From NCBI GenBank assembly GCA_002633005.1, contig NMRA01000172.1, forward strand, positions 679,871 to 743,870: a DNA stretch of 64,000 nt. Direction: 5' to 3'. The DNA comes from Phoronis australis. Taxonomy: Eukaryota > Animalia > Phoronida. The notes under the pieces were generated by a model. It was not told the origin of the DNA and did not search any database. It saw only the letters and a program-made list of their open reading frames with translations. The position numbers and the translations under genes are program-made. Positions 13,340 to 26,009 of the stretch are shown one piece after another (position 1 is the stretch's first letter; each line of letters opens with the position of its first letter).

Positions 13340-13960
13340 GGGGTCCTTAAATTGGGGCCAAAAATGGGCTAGATTACATATTCGAGGTACCGGCCAAAAC
13401 TGATTTAAAACAGACAATAGTACTGCACTGAACACCGACTGACCCGTGACAGACAAATTGTACTCTGGAATGGGTCCGGCAGAAACCAAAAAGGAACACC
13501 CAAAAATTAGCTAGCTCATACATGTACATTCGAGGTACCACAAAAGCAATTCAGTGTGAATTAATACATGTCACTGGTCACTATTTGTCCTATACAGACA
13601 AAGTACAATTTGGGTGGTGCCCGCCAGAAATCCCAAAAATGTCAACCACGGTAATTGCCATTGAAAGTTAGAGCTACATTAGATGTTCGCGGTACCGGCT
13701 AAAACTGAATCAAAATCAACAACCGTGCCGCAATGAACACCGAATAACATATGACTGACAAATTGTCCTCCGAAAAGGGTCCGCCAAAAACTCAAAAACG
13801 ACACCCAAAAATGAGGTAACTCGTACATTCGAGGTACCACAATAATCAATTCAAATAGAAGTTACTGATTACTAAATGGCCTGTGACAGACAAAACTTAC
13901 TCTGGGTTGTGCACGCCAGCCTTAGAAATCTCAACCACGGAATTCCGTTGAAACTGTGTG
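13340..13960. repeat. Diverged ~150-bp tandem array with ~300-bp dimeric higher-order structure
   Basis: TTCGAGGTACC-like anchors at 13381, 13529, 13686 and 13828. Units 1/3 and 2/4 resemble each other most. Confidence 0.75.
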
Positions 13961-14375
13961 ACATATGTGATAATGAAGATTCCGGTTACGTCTTGGTAGA
14001 GTTTCGTAGAAGCAAGAATTTCGATTATAAGGAAGGTGTTGCGATCACGTGTTTCGCTTGCAGTACATGGCGAATTCTTGAGTGTCTTGAATTTCCTGAG
14101 TGTCATACACGGTAAAACTGAGTTCTGTAATTTCTACTGGGGGTTCTGAAAAATTTTCGAACCTATGCATGGCCGTATGTTACTTTCCAATAATGTCATT
14201 TTCTTATCATTCGATCTATATTATGTAATTAGCACTCCTAGTTTTATTCACAAACCTAAATATAAATATTACCTGTACTGGTGCACCTTGTCGGATAACT
14301 TTGATGAATTTTCTATCGTCTTGCCTTTTTACCTCGGTTAAATCAACGTGATGCATATTCTGCACAACACTTTAA

Positions 14376-15903
14376 AGGAGCATGCCACCTAAAAAACAAC
14401 CTAATTTGTATCAATTTAGATCGAGTAGTTCTACTCCATAACGACATGTACGGTTGCGTTACCTGACACCTGATGGCAGACGGAGGTGTTGAAATTATCC
14501 AATGACGTCATCGGTTTCACACGCAGTCTGTTCAGCAGTTCAAAGTTCGGCAGGCCAATAAGGCCCGCAGCAGGAGTTTGGGGTCTGTTCGGAGATAATT
14601 TCGAAGTATTTTCCGTGAGATACAGACAGAAGAACCTAGATCTGTGTTGTTTAGACTTGTGATTTTTGAGTTCCAAACACAAAACGCTTGTTATCCTGGC
14701 CAGTGGCTCGGCTGGAGCCCGATCAGGACCCGGCGTCGCGGCGCGGCCGGCCGGATTGACTCCGCCGTTATACCGGCCAGTGGCTCGGAAACTGATCAGA
14801 CATCACGAACATAAACCAGCCAAAGTTCAGTGGAAACTAATCTTCCAGTCAAAAAATATTATACTAGTGAGCCAATTAAAGTACGATGCACGGTGATTGT
14901 GTTGGTGAATTAGCCACGAAACTGCAAATCTACTTATTCGTCGGGGGCCGCGAATTCAGGTTCCGCTTTGGCCACAGCACCGCCAGGGCAGAAGTTGTAC
15001 ATTGAAAATCATGGTTTAAGTAATGTAAATATAAATAAAGATTCCCCTAACACCTGGCCGTGGGATGGAAATCGAGTTGTTTCACAACAGTTTCTGCCAG
15101 CAAACACTAAACTAGTATGAGCTCACACGGCCTCGGTGTCCCGTCAATTAGTTTTATTGCACCTAAGCCAGTAACGCATAGATTTATTCATTGCTGGCTT
15201 CTCAAATCATTTGCACTCACGAACACTCCAAAGGCATTACAAATTGCATCTAATGAAGCAGACTTTGTTTGAGTTTTATATAAGTATTGGTTAGGGTGAG
15301 AATAATTCAGTTGAAACAGAACCCTCAGTTACGAACATGACAACTCGCAATTCCGACTTAGGACGAGCTAGAGCTCGATCAGTCCCGACTTTGCAGGTGG
15401 ATCGTTAAGTTTTACAGGCTATCAATATTCGAACAGGAATACAGTGATGAAGAAATACTAGAGAGGCACCGTGAACAAGCTCAGACAACAGAACGTATGG
15501 AGTTATTTGGTAAGCCGGCGTTCGTCAGGCACTGTCGACATCTGCAGGCCACAGACACGGAGATGTTTCACGGCCTCATACTTGCTATTTACAGCGTACA
15601 TTTAATTCTTCATTACCATGAGCCACTTCTTAAACATTTCGGACTCTCAAGGAATTAAAAAATGATATACCCGCTTTCCTTGCAGCTGCTTTAATTAGTT
15701 CGGACAAGCGGGAACGATGCACCGCAACATAACGGCATTCACTCTGTATATGAACCACTGACGTCACTAGCGTCGTTTCTCATCTTCCTCACAGGTTAAC
15801 GCGACACCTCTTGGCAAGGTAAGGTCGACCGTATGCGAGGCGATGTGGATATAGACCGATTAAGATTTCAAAAAAGAGTAATTAAATCGGGTGGCATTCT
15901 CCA
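14376..15903. mobile_element. Non-autonomous Kolobok-type DNA transposon
   Basis: TTAA at 14372-14375 and 15904-15907. TIRs AGGAGCATGCCACC / GGTGGCATTCTCCA. Contains a THAP remnant and an acidic FEQEYSDEE fragment. Confidence 0.75.
15540..15730 (-). pseudogene. THAP zinc-finger remnant within the Kolobok element
   Basis: Minus strand reads MLRCIVPACPN*...VYHF..P...KKWL...KHLRVCG, matching the THAP C..C...F.P...W...C pattern. Confidence 0.65.
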
Positions 15904-15952
15904 TTAACCGTCGCACATGTCACCACGTCCCCCCTGCAATGCGCTGAGCACA

Positions 15953-16105
15953 GGCGTGCGTTCAGTAGACGCTAGGACCTACGCTAGGACCTAGCTAAAA
16001 GCTAGTCAAGGTCACGTGCTCTTATTTAAGATACACTGAAATATCTCGCGTAATCTCGCAAAGTCTTGCTTTTAAGCTAGATCCTAGCGTTACTGAACGG
16101 GAGGC
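15953..16105. mobile_element. ~155-bp MITE, probably Harbinger-type; second copy at 61848-62012
   Basis: TIR GTTCAGTAGACGCTAGG / CCTAGCGTTACTGAAC, internal ACGCTAGGACCT repeats, CAG at both flanks. Confidence 0.8.
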
Positions 16106-16139
16106 AGGTTGCAACTGGCAGAAGTCTGAGGAGAAACCT

Positions 16140-16590
16140 GAAATAGATATAAAACACATATTTCCAAATCTATACATTAGTACTTTGTGTTAAGGTGCTT
16201 TGCTATGCTGCAAATAACAAAATTCGGCAAAAGATTTTGGAATGGCTAGTGAGCAGTCACGAAAAACCTGTTTTGAATGAGAAGCTCACAAGTGTGTACC
16301 CGGCGCACGCCGACTCTGTTTCGATAGGCTTGTGGACTTTCCTATCGTGTGTTGCATTCACCCTCTCTGCTTGTATGCCCCTCTTCCCACTGTCACGTGT
16401 ATTTCACTGTTTATTTCGCTACGTGCAAGTTCGTTCCACTTATTGCCTGATGATGAGCATGCAGTCTCGAAATATAGCGTGTGTTTTAATTTGTTTGTTT
16501 ATGTCTCTCGGTGTTTTGTTGTATAGCTGCACACTTGAAGAAAGGAGATTTTTTCGACTCTACGAGCGACTGAGTATCAAGCTTTGACTT
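16140..16590 (+). mobile_element. Penelope-like element remnant (GIY-YIG C-terminus plus pLTR)
   Basis: KVLCYAANNKIRQKILEWLVSSHEKPVLNEKLTSV resembles the PLE endonuclease tail (IL...L.ILE.L.I...KP.LN). It is followed by a hammerhead-like motif and a T-rich tail. Confidence 0.6.
16443..16480 (+). ncRNA. Minimal type I hammerhead ribozyme-like motif
   Basis: CTGATGA (16447-16453), stem II GAG-catgcagt-CTC, GAAA (16469-16472), palindromic ATAT stem III, and short stem I TGC/GCG. Confidence 0.5.
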
Positions 16591-18734
16591 TCTTATTTAT
16601 ATTTACTTATCTGTCTGTCTGTCGCAGGTGTAGCAACTGCGCAGAAGCATTTCTAGAAAAATATTTAGTGGCCACTGACAGAAGATAAAACTGTTTAAAA
16701 TTTCAGACCATGGTCACTCTTGACTGTATCATCGCTAATTTGTTCGCTCCAAGGGACGCCGAATATGATGTCGTAATAATGTGGGACCCTTATGAAACAT
16801 TACCCGTACTGATGAATTGTCGTCACTTTATTAACATGTTAAAATGACAACTTCATTGCCTTATGCAGAAGTTAACATAAAGTTCTTAACTTCACTAATA
16901 CGTTCAACAAAGCTGTATCCTTTTTCTCACTCATTTCAAGCATGGACATTTATCATTCTGCTTCCTAGTTTTGTTTCCCAAATTAAAATTTCTCTCTCTA
17001 GAGAAAGCCTGTCTTGTCTCACTTTCACATTTTGTTCATGCTTGGCCTTTAGTCATTCAGTTATGTATTTGAATGAATCAGTAGCATGCTTCCTGGGACT
17101 TCTCTGGAGATTCTGGGTAAATGTACTTGACCTGCTCTCACATCTAATGTTAGTACCGGATTCTGAAAGAAGCGGAAACTGCATTTTAGACTTTATAAAA
17201 GTATCAGTGGCGGATATAGGTTTTCACTGGCAACGTTTTGTGGGCTTAATGAACTCCTTTAACCCCCTACTGAGTACCATGGAAAAATGGCACTTACTCT
17301 ACAAAAGCATATTAGTTTCAATAGGAAATGTATCTCCAAGAGTGTTCAAGATCTTCTGTTAAAAATGCATATATTATCTGGTACAGGCAAATTTTGAATT
17401 TGATTTTATTCATGTTAGTCCGACAAAAACAGGCTTAAAAAACTTGCATTTCACATTTTCCGCTTAACAGAAGTCATTACTGCGCTATGTCCAATGAAAA
17501 AGAACAAAGCCTGCTAGATCTTCTTTCCTGAAGTAGGCAATAAGCCATGTCACTCTCTCTTGTGCACGTCTTTGTTCACCAATGCGGCAACAATTTTACA
17601 AATGCGGCAAGGTTTATGGATTCACAGTACTTTTGATGTTTCTAGCAGTAGATTGCAGTCATCTTTTGGATACAGGGTCACACGTTTTAGTTGTCACTTT
17701 TCATTTGATACTTTGGCTGTAAAATAGAAGATGAGACTTTACAAAAGTACCGTTATGATTTTCTAAAATAAGTTGTATGTCCAGCCACACGTTAAGTGTC
17801 TAATTTATAACTGATAAGCAATATTTATAATTTATGAAATAATTGACCGTTAATAATATTATCAGTGATCGATTATTTGTTAATATTTTTTTTGTTTAAT
17901 AATTATTTACCAGTAAGACGGTGTAAAGTAAATTATCTCCGAGTCTCTCCAATAACTACCTAACTCATCACTCTGAAGGCACTGTTCGGTAATAGTCGGA
18001 TGTGACAGTCTCTGAAATGCGAGTTGTTTCCACGTTATAATCAATTTCATGAAAACACGACAAAATTCAACTACGGGATACCAGTAACCAGTGAGCTATA
18101 TACATAGAGATGACACGACTATACTCGCAAGCCAGACAGCGCGTGACACGCGGTCCGCCATATTGATGATGGACGATTTGTAAACAAAAGCACGGTGGCC
18201 TTATGGAAGCCGAGCAATTTCCAGAATAACATTTGAAATTTTGAATACTAACGAGGTTTTAAAATGTTGGTAACATAAAGCAACGTAAATACGTGACCCT
18301 TGCGTTGCTTAAACGGTCATTATAAGGCCGAGAAAAAAAAATTCCCAATTATTTGACCGTGAATAGCTGCCGTTATGCCCTGGGATCTCTTGCCAGTTTA
18401 CGAATTGCAGCGCATATACTTTATAATAGTTTAAAAATACCTCGATGCCTTTAATAGTCACATGAGAATCTACATGTAGCCATTAACTCATTTTGTTTGA
18501 ACTAACCATATAAATGTACAGAACTTGATTATTAGTTGTTTACTGTACAAGCCGGATAGGACGATCAGCTGGGGGAGACACTCCCATCAACCATTGCATT
18601 CCCTAAGTATACACGAAGTTAATTTTTGTCAGCTTTAGCCTAAAGAGATCCTACTTAATACATCGGGAAATTTTATGAACTTCCCCTCAACCTTGAAAAT
18701 ATTCGAACTGAAATTTCAGAGGCACATCTAGGAT

Positions 18735-19038
18735 ATCATAAGGGGGCGGGCCCAACATTTTGTCTCCGCGGGAATCGCACAAAGCACAATTGCGTGGGCG
18801 CACCCAGCCTAAAATTGGAGAGCTCGGAAAAAAAGATGGGAAACCGATTGCGATCTGACACTAGAACACGCACATAAACTAAAACTGGACACATTGTTAG
18901 ATCTTGTTTTAACCGCATGTTAATTACCGGGGTTACTTAACGAACTCAATATTTCCCGACCCTCTTGATGTTCTATTTTTTCGGCAGACAAGGGCAGGGA
19001 GGAGCGCAGCCCGGCCCACCCCCCTAAATCCGCCAATG
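18735..19038. mobile_element. GC-capped MITE family ending CCCCTAAATCCGCC.ATG (hAT-like); relatives near 30440-30586, 35100-35267, 35950-35998, 53066 and 58864
   Basis: Shared terminal ATCCGCC(A/T)(A/C)TG and internal TAATTACCGGGGTTA.TTAA..AACTCAA.ATTTCCCGAC (also 58771-58810). Confidence 0.6.
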
Positions 19039-20694
19039 AATTTCCCTGAAACACTGCTGCCGCCGAAGTAGCATATGCAAGGATAGAAATTCCCTAAAAC
19101 TGGTTGTAAATGTCTACTTCAAATTGTATCAACCAAGAACATGTATACACGTTTTAGAATATGGAAAAAAGGTGTTGTCCTGTATTTATTTCTTCATGAT
19201 TGCGCCGTCACAAATAAATCTGTGTAACTGTTGGTCATACCTCAGTGATACTCTTCGTGTTTATCCTAAGTGGAAAACTAATTGTGTACATTTTGACACT
19301 CTATTGTCTCAAAATTTAAACCATTGTATCATAGAACCTGTGTCAAAATACAGCAGTGATTGGGTGGATTCAGAATTTTTTAACAAAGTAGGCACAATGT
19401 TTATACCAATATACCCCCTTGGATCTGCCCATCATGCATGGAATCGCAAATTTTTTCCATCAATAACATTTAGAATGACAAGGGTAACAAAAACTTTTAA
19501 CCTCAGAAACAACTCATTGAGATGCCATTCCAAACAGGTTCCAATTTATTCCAAATATCATAATGGTATTGCATAATAAAAACTCACACCAACAAAAACA
19601 AAACTGCCATTAAGAGGCGCCACAGTAATCGGCCGTCCAAAAGTCGTTGGTATATGCCCTCTTTCAGTGAGAAGATATCTGTCAATTATCATAATTATCT
19701 TAAGAGTGGCTAGGCCAACAGAGAAGGCGATGCAAAAACCAACTAAAGACTAACAACAGCCACTCACAACCAGTTACCATGGAGTGTACAAACAACACAT
19801 TGTTCGTATGTTCTTTAAAACTTCATTGTACTCAACAAACTTTGTCTGCAACAGTTCAATAAGTAACAAAGCTTTTATGAAATGGGCTTCAAGAAAAAAA
19901 TGTCAGTCTGCTAAGGCTATTTTTGCACAATTTTGCTGTTTTTCCTTCAAGCCAATCTGACTGCTTGTAGACCATGGACTAAGGCAACATAACAGACACA
20001 GTAACAAGCTAAGTCCATTTCCTGTTGATGAATCCATTTGAGCTGGCCACTGCTGAAGAACATGGTTTGCTAATGTCGACTTCAGGGTCCAACTCATTTC
20101 ATGTTTTTTAATTTGGCAAGTTAATACTAAAAACTTGACACATCTTTATAGGGACTAAATGAGCTGAACAATTGTTTCTGCTATTAAATTCTCCCCTGCA
20201 ATGTTGTTTTATTTCAATTATGTTTTCAGTTCAAAACACAGTTGCACAGGGCTTCGAAGGTATAATTATATGCGAACTAAGAAAAATGTAAATAATTATT
20301 TTCTCCTTTAAAAAGTCATCAACGACCATCCACTCATTTTCAGAAATTTTGGCCAGGAATTCAAATAAATTCCATACTTGAAAGCTCAAAAAGCCAAAAA
20401 TTACATAATTGGTCCTAAGTGTACGGGTCATTTTTGAAAACTGCTGGCTTTCCTTATAGACAGAAAAATTCGACCAAGTTCAGTTGGCATCATGTGGCAC
20501 ATGGAAAGAGAACCTGTACCATTTCATTCGGCATCAAGCGATGCTGGGAGAAACGTGTACCGACCAGTTAAACTTGGCATAATAAGGATTTTTTTATCCC
20601 AAAATTTGGACAACTAAAAACTAGCACATCACATCAACATCAAAAAATCACAATTGGAACCAAATATGCTGTTTTTATAGGACTACCATGACAC

Positions 20695-21860
20695 TCACCG
20701 GCCTTTGAACAAAATGAGTTTGGTAAGTTTCTGCCTCACATTACATGTATTGAATGATGCAGTGTGGAGTCTGGCAGCATGGTTCATCATAATATCATGT
20801 ATTGAATGATGCAGTGTGGAGTCTTGCAGCATGGTTCATACTAATATCATGTATTGAATGATGCATTGTGGAGTCTTGCAGCATGGTTCACCCTAATGTC
20901 ATAAAACTTAGCTACTAACAAGTCGATCAATTCAAAATAATGATTGTCAATACCATGTTGCATCTCGGTAGCATGCTCCTTCAAATGCAGTAGGTCACTG
21001 CTGCCACATTCTGCCTTATCACTAACACTTATATGTTCAACAGAACAGATTGAACTGGCTGACAGGACATTCATTCCTCTCCTCAATGCCTTCTCCGTAC
21101 GGGTCAAAATATGGACAAAGGCCAGGTGATGGCACCGTAAGTCCACCATTGTTTTTAAGTTTCAGTAAGTGATAAAACTCTTCTGAATCACTAGACTGGG
21201 GGCTTCCACTAACCAAACTTTCTCGGCAATCATTGCATGATACAATTGCAATCACTTTCAGAACCACAAAACCAGCAATACACATACCACAATATTTTTA
21301 ACGACAGCGAGGTGCTCTGAAGGGATGCACTGGCTGTAACCATGCTCACTTGTATTGAAAGGTGTCGACAGCTCCTCATTTTGGTATACTCTGGTAACAC
21401 TGACAGCTTTAAGGGAGCGAGTGCTGTCCATCGCAACAACATTGCCACGCTGGCCAGGAGTAACACCACTATGTACAATGAGACGACGAAAAATACTTCT
21501 AAACTGTTGACATGTCGGGTTGTTGTTCCAACCCCCTGAAAAAGCAATGCAATAATGAATGAGATCCGAGTGGAATATTCATAAAAAACACACAAAATTA
21601 CACATTTCACTGATGTTTTTGCCCAGTTGCAAGGAAGAAATGATTTTTTTTTCATTCAGTCACACTTTCACTTAGCTAATGCATTAGAAAACCGATGTTA
21701 TTAAAGACAGTTACCTGCTCCACGTACTGAGCTGAGGAATAGCTCAAGGTGATCTTGAGACAGTTTGTAAGTTAATAGGAACTTCTGTTCCCCCAGAATA
21801 ACAGGGACCAATTTCTTCAAGCTCTCTATGTTTACAAGAAAGCCAAGCACACTCATGCAC
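20695..21860 (-). mobile_element. P-element/THAP9-like transposase, C-terminal exons, pseudogenised
   Basis: Exon 21860-21715 reads FLLTYKLSQDHLELFLSSVRGA. A GT-AG intron spans 21714-21536. The next exon reads GGWNNNPTCQQFRSIFRRL...CIAGFVV...CNDC...LKNNGGLTVPS...RQKLTKLILFKGR*. Confidence 0.9.
20745..20897. repeat. 51-bp tandem triplication inside the P transposase 3' end
   Basis: CATGTATTGAATGATGCAGTGTGGAGTCT.GCAGCATGGTTCA... occurs three times. Confidence 0.9.
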
Positions 21861-22279
21861 CTGTAACATATTCAAAACTGATTCATAATTTCAACTATTT
21901 CAAAGTATTCAGAGTAATATGTAGATTTGAAGTGATGTCACCCATCCTAGTGCTTGGTTGACCGACCGCCATACAGCGAGGCAAGCTTGTTGTGAATGCA
22001 AGCTGAGAATGAGGGACACTTGAGAGAATATTAGTAGTATTAGAATATAATTTAATAATGCAGGGTTCTTGGTGGCAGCAATCAAAACAATGATAAGGAG
22101 AAGTGATGTTCCCACTTGATCCCTGTCGTACGTGGGAGACTTTACCAAAAAACATAATCAATGCATGTCTTGCCACTAGTAATGGCAGAATAGTAATCCA
22201 CTTCATCAGGAACTTAAATATTATCAAGTTCGCTGCAGTCACAATTTTGCCCTGAACCCAAAAGTGACAGCCACTACTG

Positions 22280-23620
22280 AGTGGTTTGCTCTAGGAAATA
22301 ATGCTACTTGCAATCGTAGGACATACATGAGCCTTTTTGGTATTTACCAAAAAATACATTAAAAAGAACTTTGAAATGTATCATATGAAAACAATTAATA
22401 AGTTTTAACGTATCTAATCTACTGAAATCTGCAAAGTTCGGGATTTGAAGTGAAACATTATTAAACAGAATAGACCTCCGTGAGTTGTAAAGAGAACAAT
22501 CAAACACAAAACGTAGCTCATCCTCCACAGAACCAGAATCACAACACAAGCAAAGTCTTTCACTTACAGGAGTGTTTACATAACGACCAGTTTCCTGCTC
22601 TAAGCTGAGCCAGAAGAGATCGCTCGGAAAGAGATAAATTAATCTCTACATAAGGCTCAGTTAAAAACTCGTGCTTAAATAAAATGTAAGTTCTTAACTT
22701 TCGTTTTGTTACAACAGATTCAGCCCAAGTATGTTTCGAGCATTCAAATAGTTTGTTTCTAGCGTCTACTATGTTACAAGTAGTCAAATTTTGAAAACAG
22801 GATTGCATGCCAGTTATGTTCAACAATTTTTTGATTCTGTCTATCCAACCGTTTCTGCCAACAAAGTAGTTCCATAGAAATACCTTGTTCAGTAACCTAT
22901 CACCACCTGTGGTTACTAGTTTGTTCCAAAGACGCAGCATATTCAATTTAAATCTATTTCCGGTGGAGTCCCGCCCCATATCGCCACTAACAGCATGAGT
23001 GGCTGTAAATCGGTTGACCCATAAATAAAAACGCATAGCTCTGTTTTGAATATTTTCATCATTACCAAAATTTTTGTAACCCCAAACAAATGACCCGTAA
23101 TCCAAAATTAATGCCACACACGAATTAAATAATGTTTTAAACGTTTCGAATCCTAGATTCTTGTTGTCACGGAATTTTGAGCATATCTTCCCTAACACTC
23201 TACCCGAAGCTTCAGATAACGCATTCGAATGTTTTTTTTTTTGAAGTCAAGGTGTTGATCCAGAATACAGCCTAAATATTTGTATGAGGGTTTATAACTG
23301 TTCAAAGTAAATTCAAAATTGCTTCTAGGCATAGACTTAGCTCGAAAATGGACAACATTAGTTTTTGCCATGTTCACCACCATTCTCCACTTTTTACACC
23401 AGTTGTATAAAACCTTCATATCTTGCATGTCATTTTCATTCTCAGACAAAAGTGCAATATCGTCGGCATAACGAAGCACTGAAATATTGTTCGGGCCACA
23501 TTGGACACCTTTACCTAGGTTTTTAATATCTAGAGCTACTAAATCATTTATATATATACTGCAAAGAGTGTCGGTGATAAAACATTCCCCTGACAGACAC
23601 CATTTTCAGGACTATCTCCT
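22280..23620 (-). mobile_element. 5'-truncated CR1/L2-group LINE RT remnant
   Basis: GVCQGNVLSPTLFAVYINDL, LRYADDIALL, YKYLG, ILDYGSFVWG, KLRTYILFKHEFLTEPYV, SLLAQLRAG, C..C...VEDELRFVFDC motifs. Confidence 0.9.
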
Positions 23621-23649
23621 AAACCTTTTGCAGGATCTTTTCTAACTTG

Positions 23650-24320
23650 AGCCAGTGTATTTATGTAATGTTCACAACAGACGACAACATCTTTCGGACG
23701 GATCTGACTACCAGTGTGACCTCTAGTGGCAGTTTATTTTTTGAAGTTTACCGCCGTGTCTTCAAAGGTTCTCGACGCATTTTCATAAAATCTGGAATAC
23801 AGGCTTCTATTGGTAAGATGATGCTATCCTCCCGTTTTGAGATGGAATTGAGATACTTTGCGTCACCTAGTGGCCATTTTTGCTGTTTTCCAGTCCGTTT
23901 TGGCGTCTACCTCTCAATCAACCAAACAATTCCATGAATGATTTCGAAAATTGGTGTATATGTTCTCGGTGAGAAGAGGACGGTTGAAGATGACGACTTC
24001 GACTACTGTGGCACCTCCTAGTAGTAGTTTTGTTTTGGTTTGCGCCCACAGCTGCAGCTCCAAAACCCATTGGAGGATATTTATGACATTTCGTAATTGT
24101 ATTTATATCAAGCTAACAGCAGACGACAAAGTCTTTCAGACGGATCCAACGAACGCTGGGCCCCATAGTGGCAATTTCATTTATTCTGTTTTCCTTTTTT
24201 CTCTGAAGTTCCTTGAGAGATTTTATGAAATTTGGTAAATAGCTTTCTTTGAAGCGATGGCATATTACCGTTTTCAGATGGATTGGACGTTTTGCGCTAT
24301 ATAGTGGCCATTTTTATGAA
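23650..24320. repeat. Diverged ~145-bp-period array with ~440-bp higher-order unit
   Basis: TAGTGGC-like anchors at 23724, 23868, 24019, 24166 and 24302. Units 1/4 and 2/5 are pairwise similar. Confidence 0.7.
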
Positions 24321-24543
24321 ACGAATAAACAACCCTAGAAGCAAACCGTTTGTAGTGCATTCGTGGGCGCATTTCAACGCTCTACGTTGCTCTTGTAGGT
24401 AATTACTCTAACATTTGTTTTGATATGATTAGGGAAAAGACTGTAGTACCGCAACCGTGATATTCAGCTGAATCGGCATGCAACGTATATACCACATCTG
24501 TTATGCCACACGTTTGTAACTTGAATTTGACCTGTGTACATAC

Positions 24544-24667
24544 ACAAAACGTACCGAGAGGGGCGTACATGAAGTAATATCCCACGAGACATTATTCCGC
24601 GTATCGATACGCGGAATAAGGTCGAGTGGGATATTACTTCATGTATGCCAATCGAGGTACGTTTTGT
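24544..24667. repeat. ~124-bp loopless imperfect palindrome
   Basis: Centre TTATTCCGCGTATC|GATACGCGGAATAA at 24605/24606. Arms extend to ACAAAACGTACC / GGTACGTTTTGT. Confidence 0.9.
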
Positions 24668-26009
24668 ATTTATCCCATGCGCTTCGAATCCCTAAGTTTC
24701 TTACATTTTTTCGGCAGATTTTTCAAATACTTCACTAAGACTGTTCACATGGCGGATCACAACATACATGAATGAACTTGCGCGTTAGGTTGCAAGTTTT
24801 CTCTTGTAAAAGAAACAGTTTTAAAAGTAACGATTTATTTCTTGAAAAGAGGTAGCAAAGATGAAAACAACGGCAACTTTCCAGTGAACTTGTAACGTCT
24901 CCTGGAAATAGTTAAAAAAACAACATTTTGACATTTTAATTTCCTAGGAATCGGCCCTTGAGTTGCAGACGATCTAGTATTCAGCAAGTGAAAACTGAGA
25001 CATAAGTGTCTTATAATTAACAGTTTTGTTCCAGATTTTACGTTTAGGGCCTGGTTGCATGTCGAGTGTTAGTTACACTGTTGCAACTGCATTACAGGTA
25101 CTTTAAACTATATTTGGAAAGTTTGAGGATCGAACCGGCTGAAGACGTCGAGTCGATATTGACCTACATGTACCTTTTGAACTTTCCATGTCAGAGGTCG
25201 CCGTTGAAGTACAGCTTGAGGTGAATACGGAAAACTTTATTTCATGGCCGTATTTCCCTCGACAGATTCAACGCGCGTGGGATAAAATAGAGTTTTCTTG
25301 CGCAATAAACATACATTGTACGTGTAATGCGTTTATTTTAAAAAAAATCAACTCGTTTTCCGACGATTTGTTTGGCCCTTGGAAGAGCCGTTGTGGCGGG
25401 CGCTGTGGTTTGGTCGCAAGTCCGTTTCAAGATAAACGCCGGGACGTTTATTTGGAGTTACTAAAAAGCCTGAAAATATAATTTTCTGAATACACGCCCA
25501 TGAGCGTATTTGCGGAAATCACCGGTAGTCTGACGTATGTGCGCCAAGTTTCGTCAATGAGTAACAGGGCAAGATTCATACATGTAAAATACTTGCATTA
25601 CCAACCACTGGGGATCAAAGTGTCACTGGACTAGTTTTCAATCTAGAGGTCATTTGATTTTGTCTGCCACTGTAGTGTTTATGGAAACAGGTCATATGGT
25701 GGAATGACGGTACGGACAGGGTCTCACTGGAATATAGGATACCACTGTCATGTATTAGCTGTTTCCAAATTATTTGGCGTAGTCACTGGATCGAGTCATG
25801 CCAACGGATGCTCAGCTTTTTGAAGTTCTCCCGGTCTACTTTTATATTTTGGCCTCGCGACAGATTAGTTATTTTGCATGATTATACTCTACAGATCTGT
25901 TTACCACAGTGTGCTTTGTAAAATTATTTATACCACAATATTAGCGTCAAATGGCAGATACAACCGTGTAATAACCCATAAAGTTATCTCACTAGGTACT
26001 GAGATAACG

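Noticed and set aside
16630-17600. 172-aa ORF at 16844-17362 and nearby minus-strand fragments
   Set aside because: No recognisable domain; probably antisense to a decayed element.
19600-19650. AAGAGGCGCCACAGTAA as a possible P-element terminus
   Set aside because: No partner TIR or TSD is visible.
21900-22250. Possible hAT dimerisation-domain remnant (IDDVFW...)
   Set aside because: Too degenerate; the diagnostic ERxFS motif was not found.
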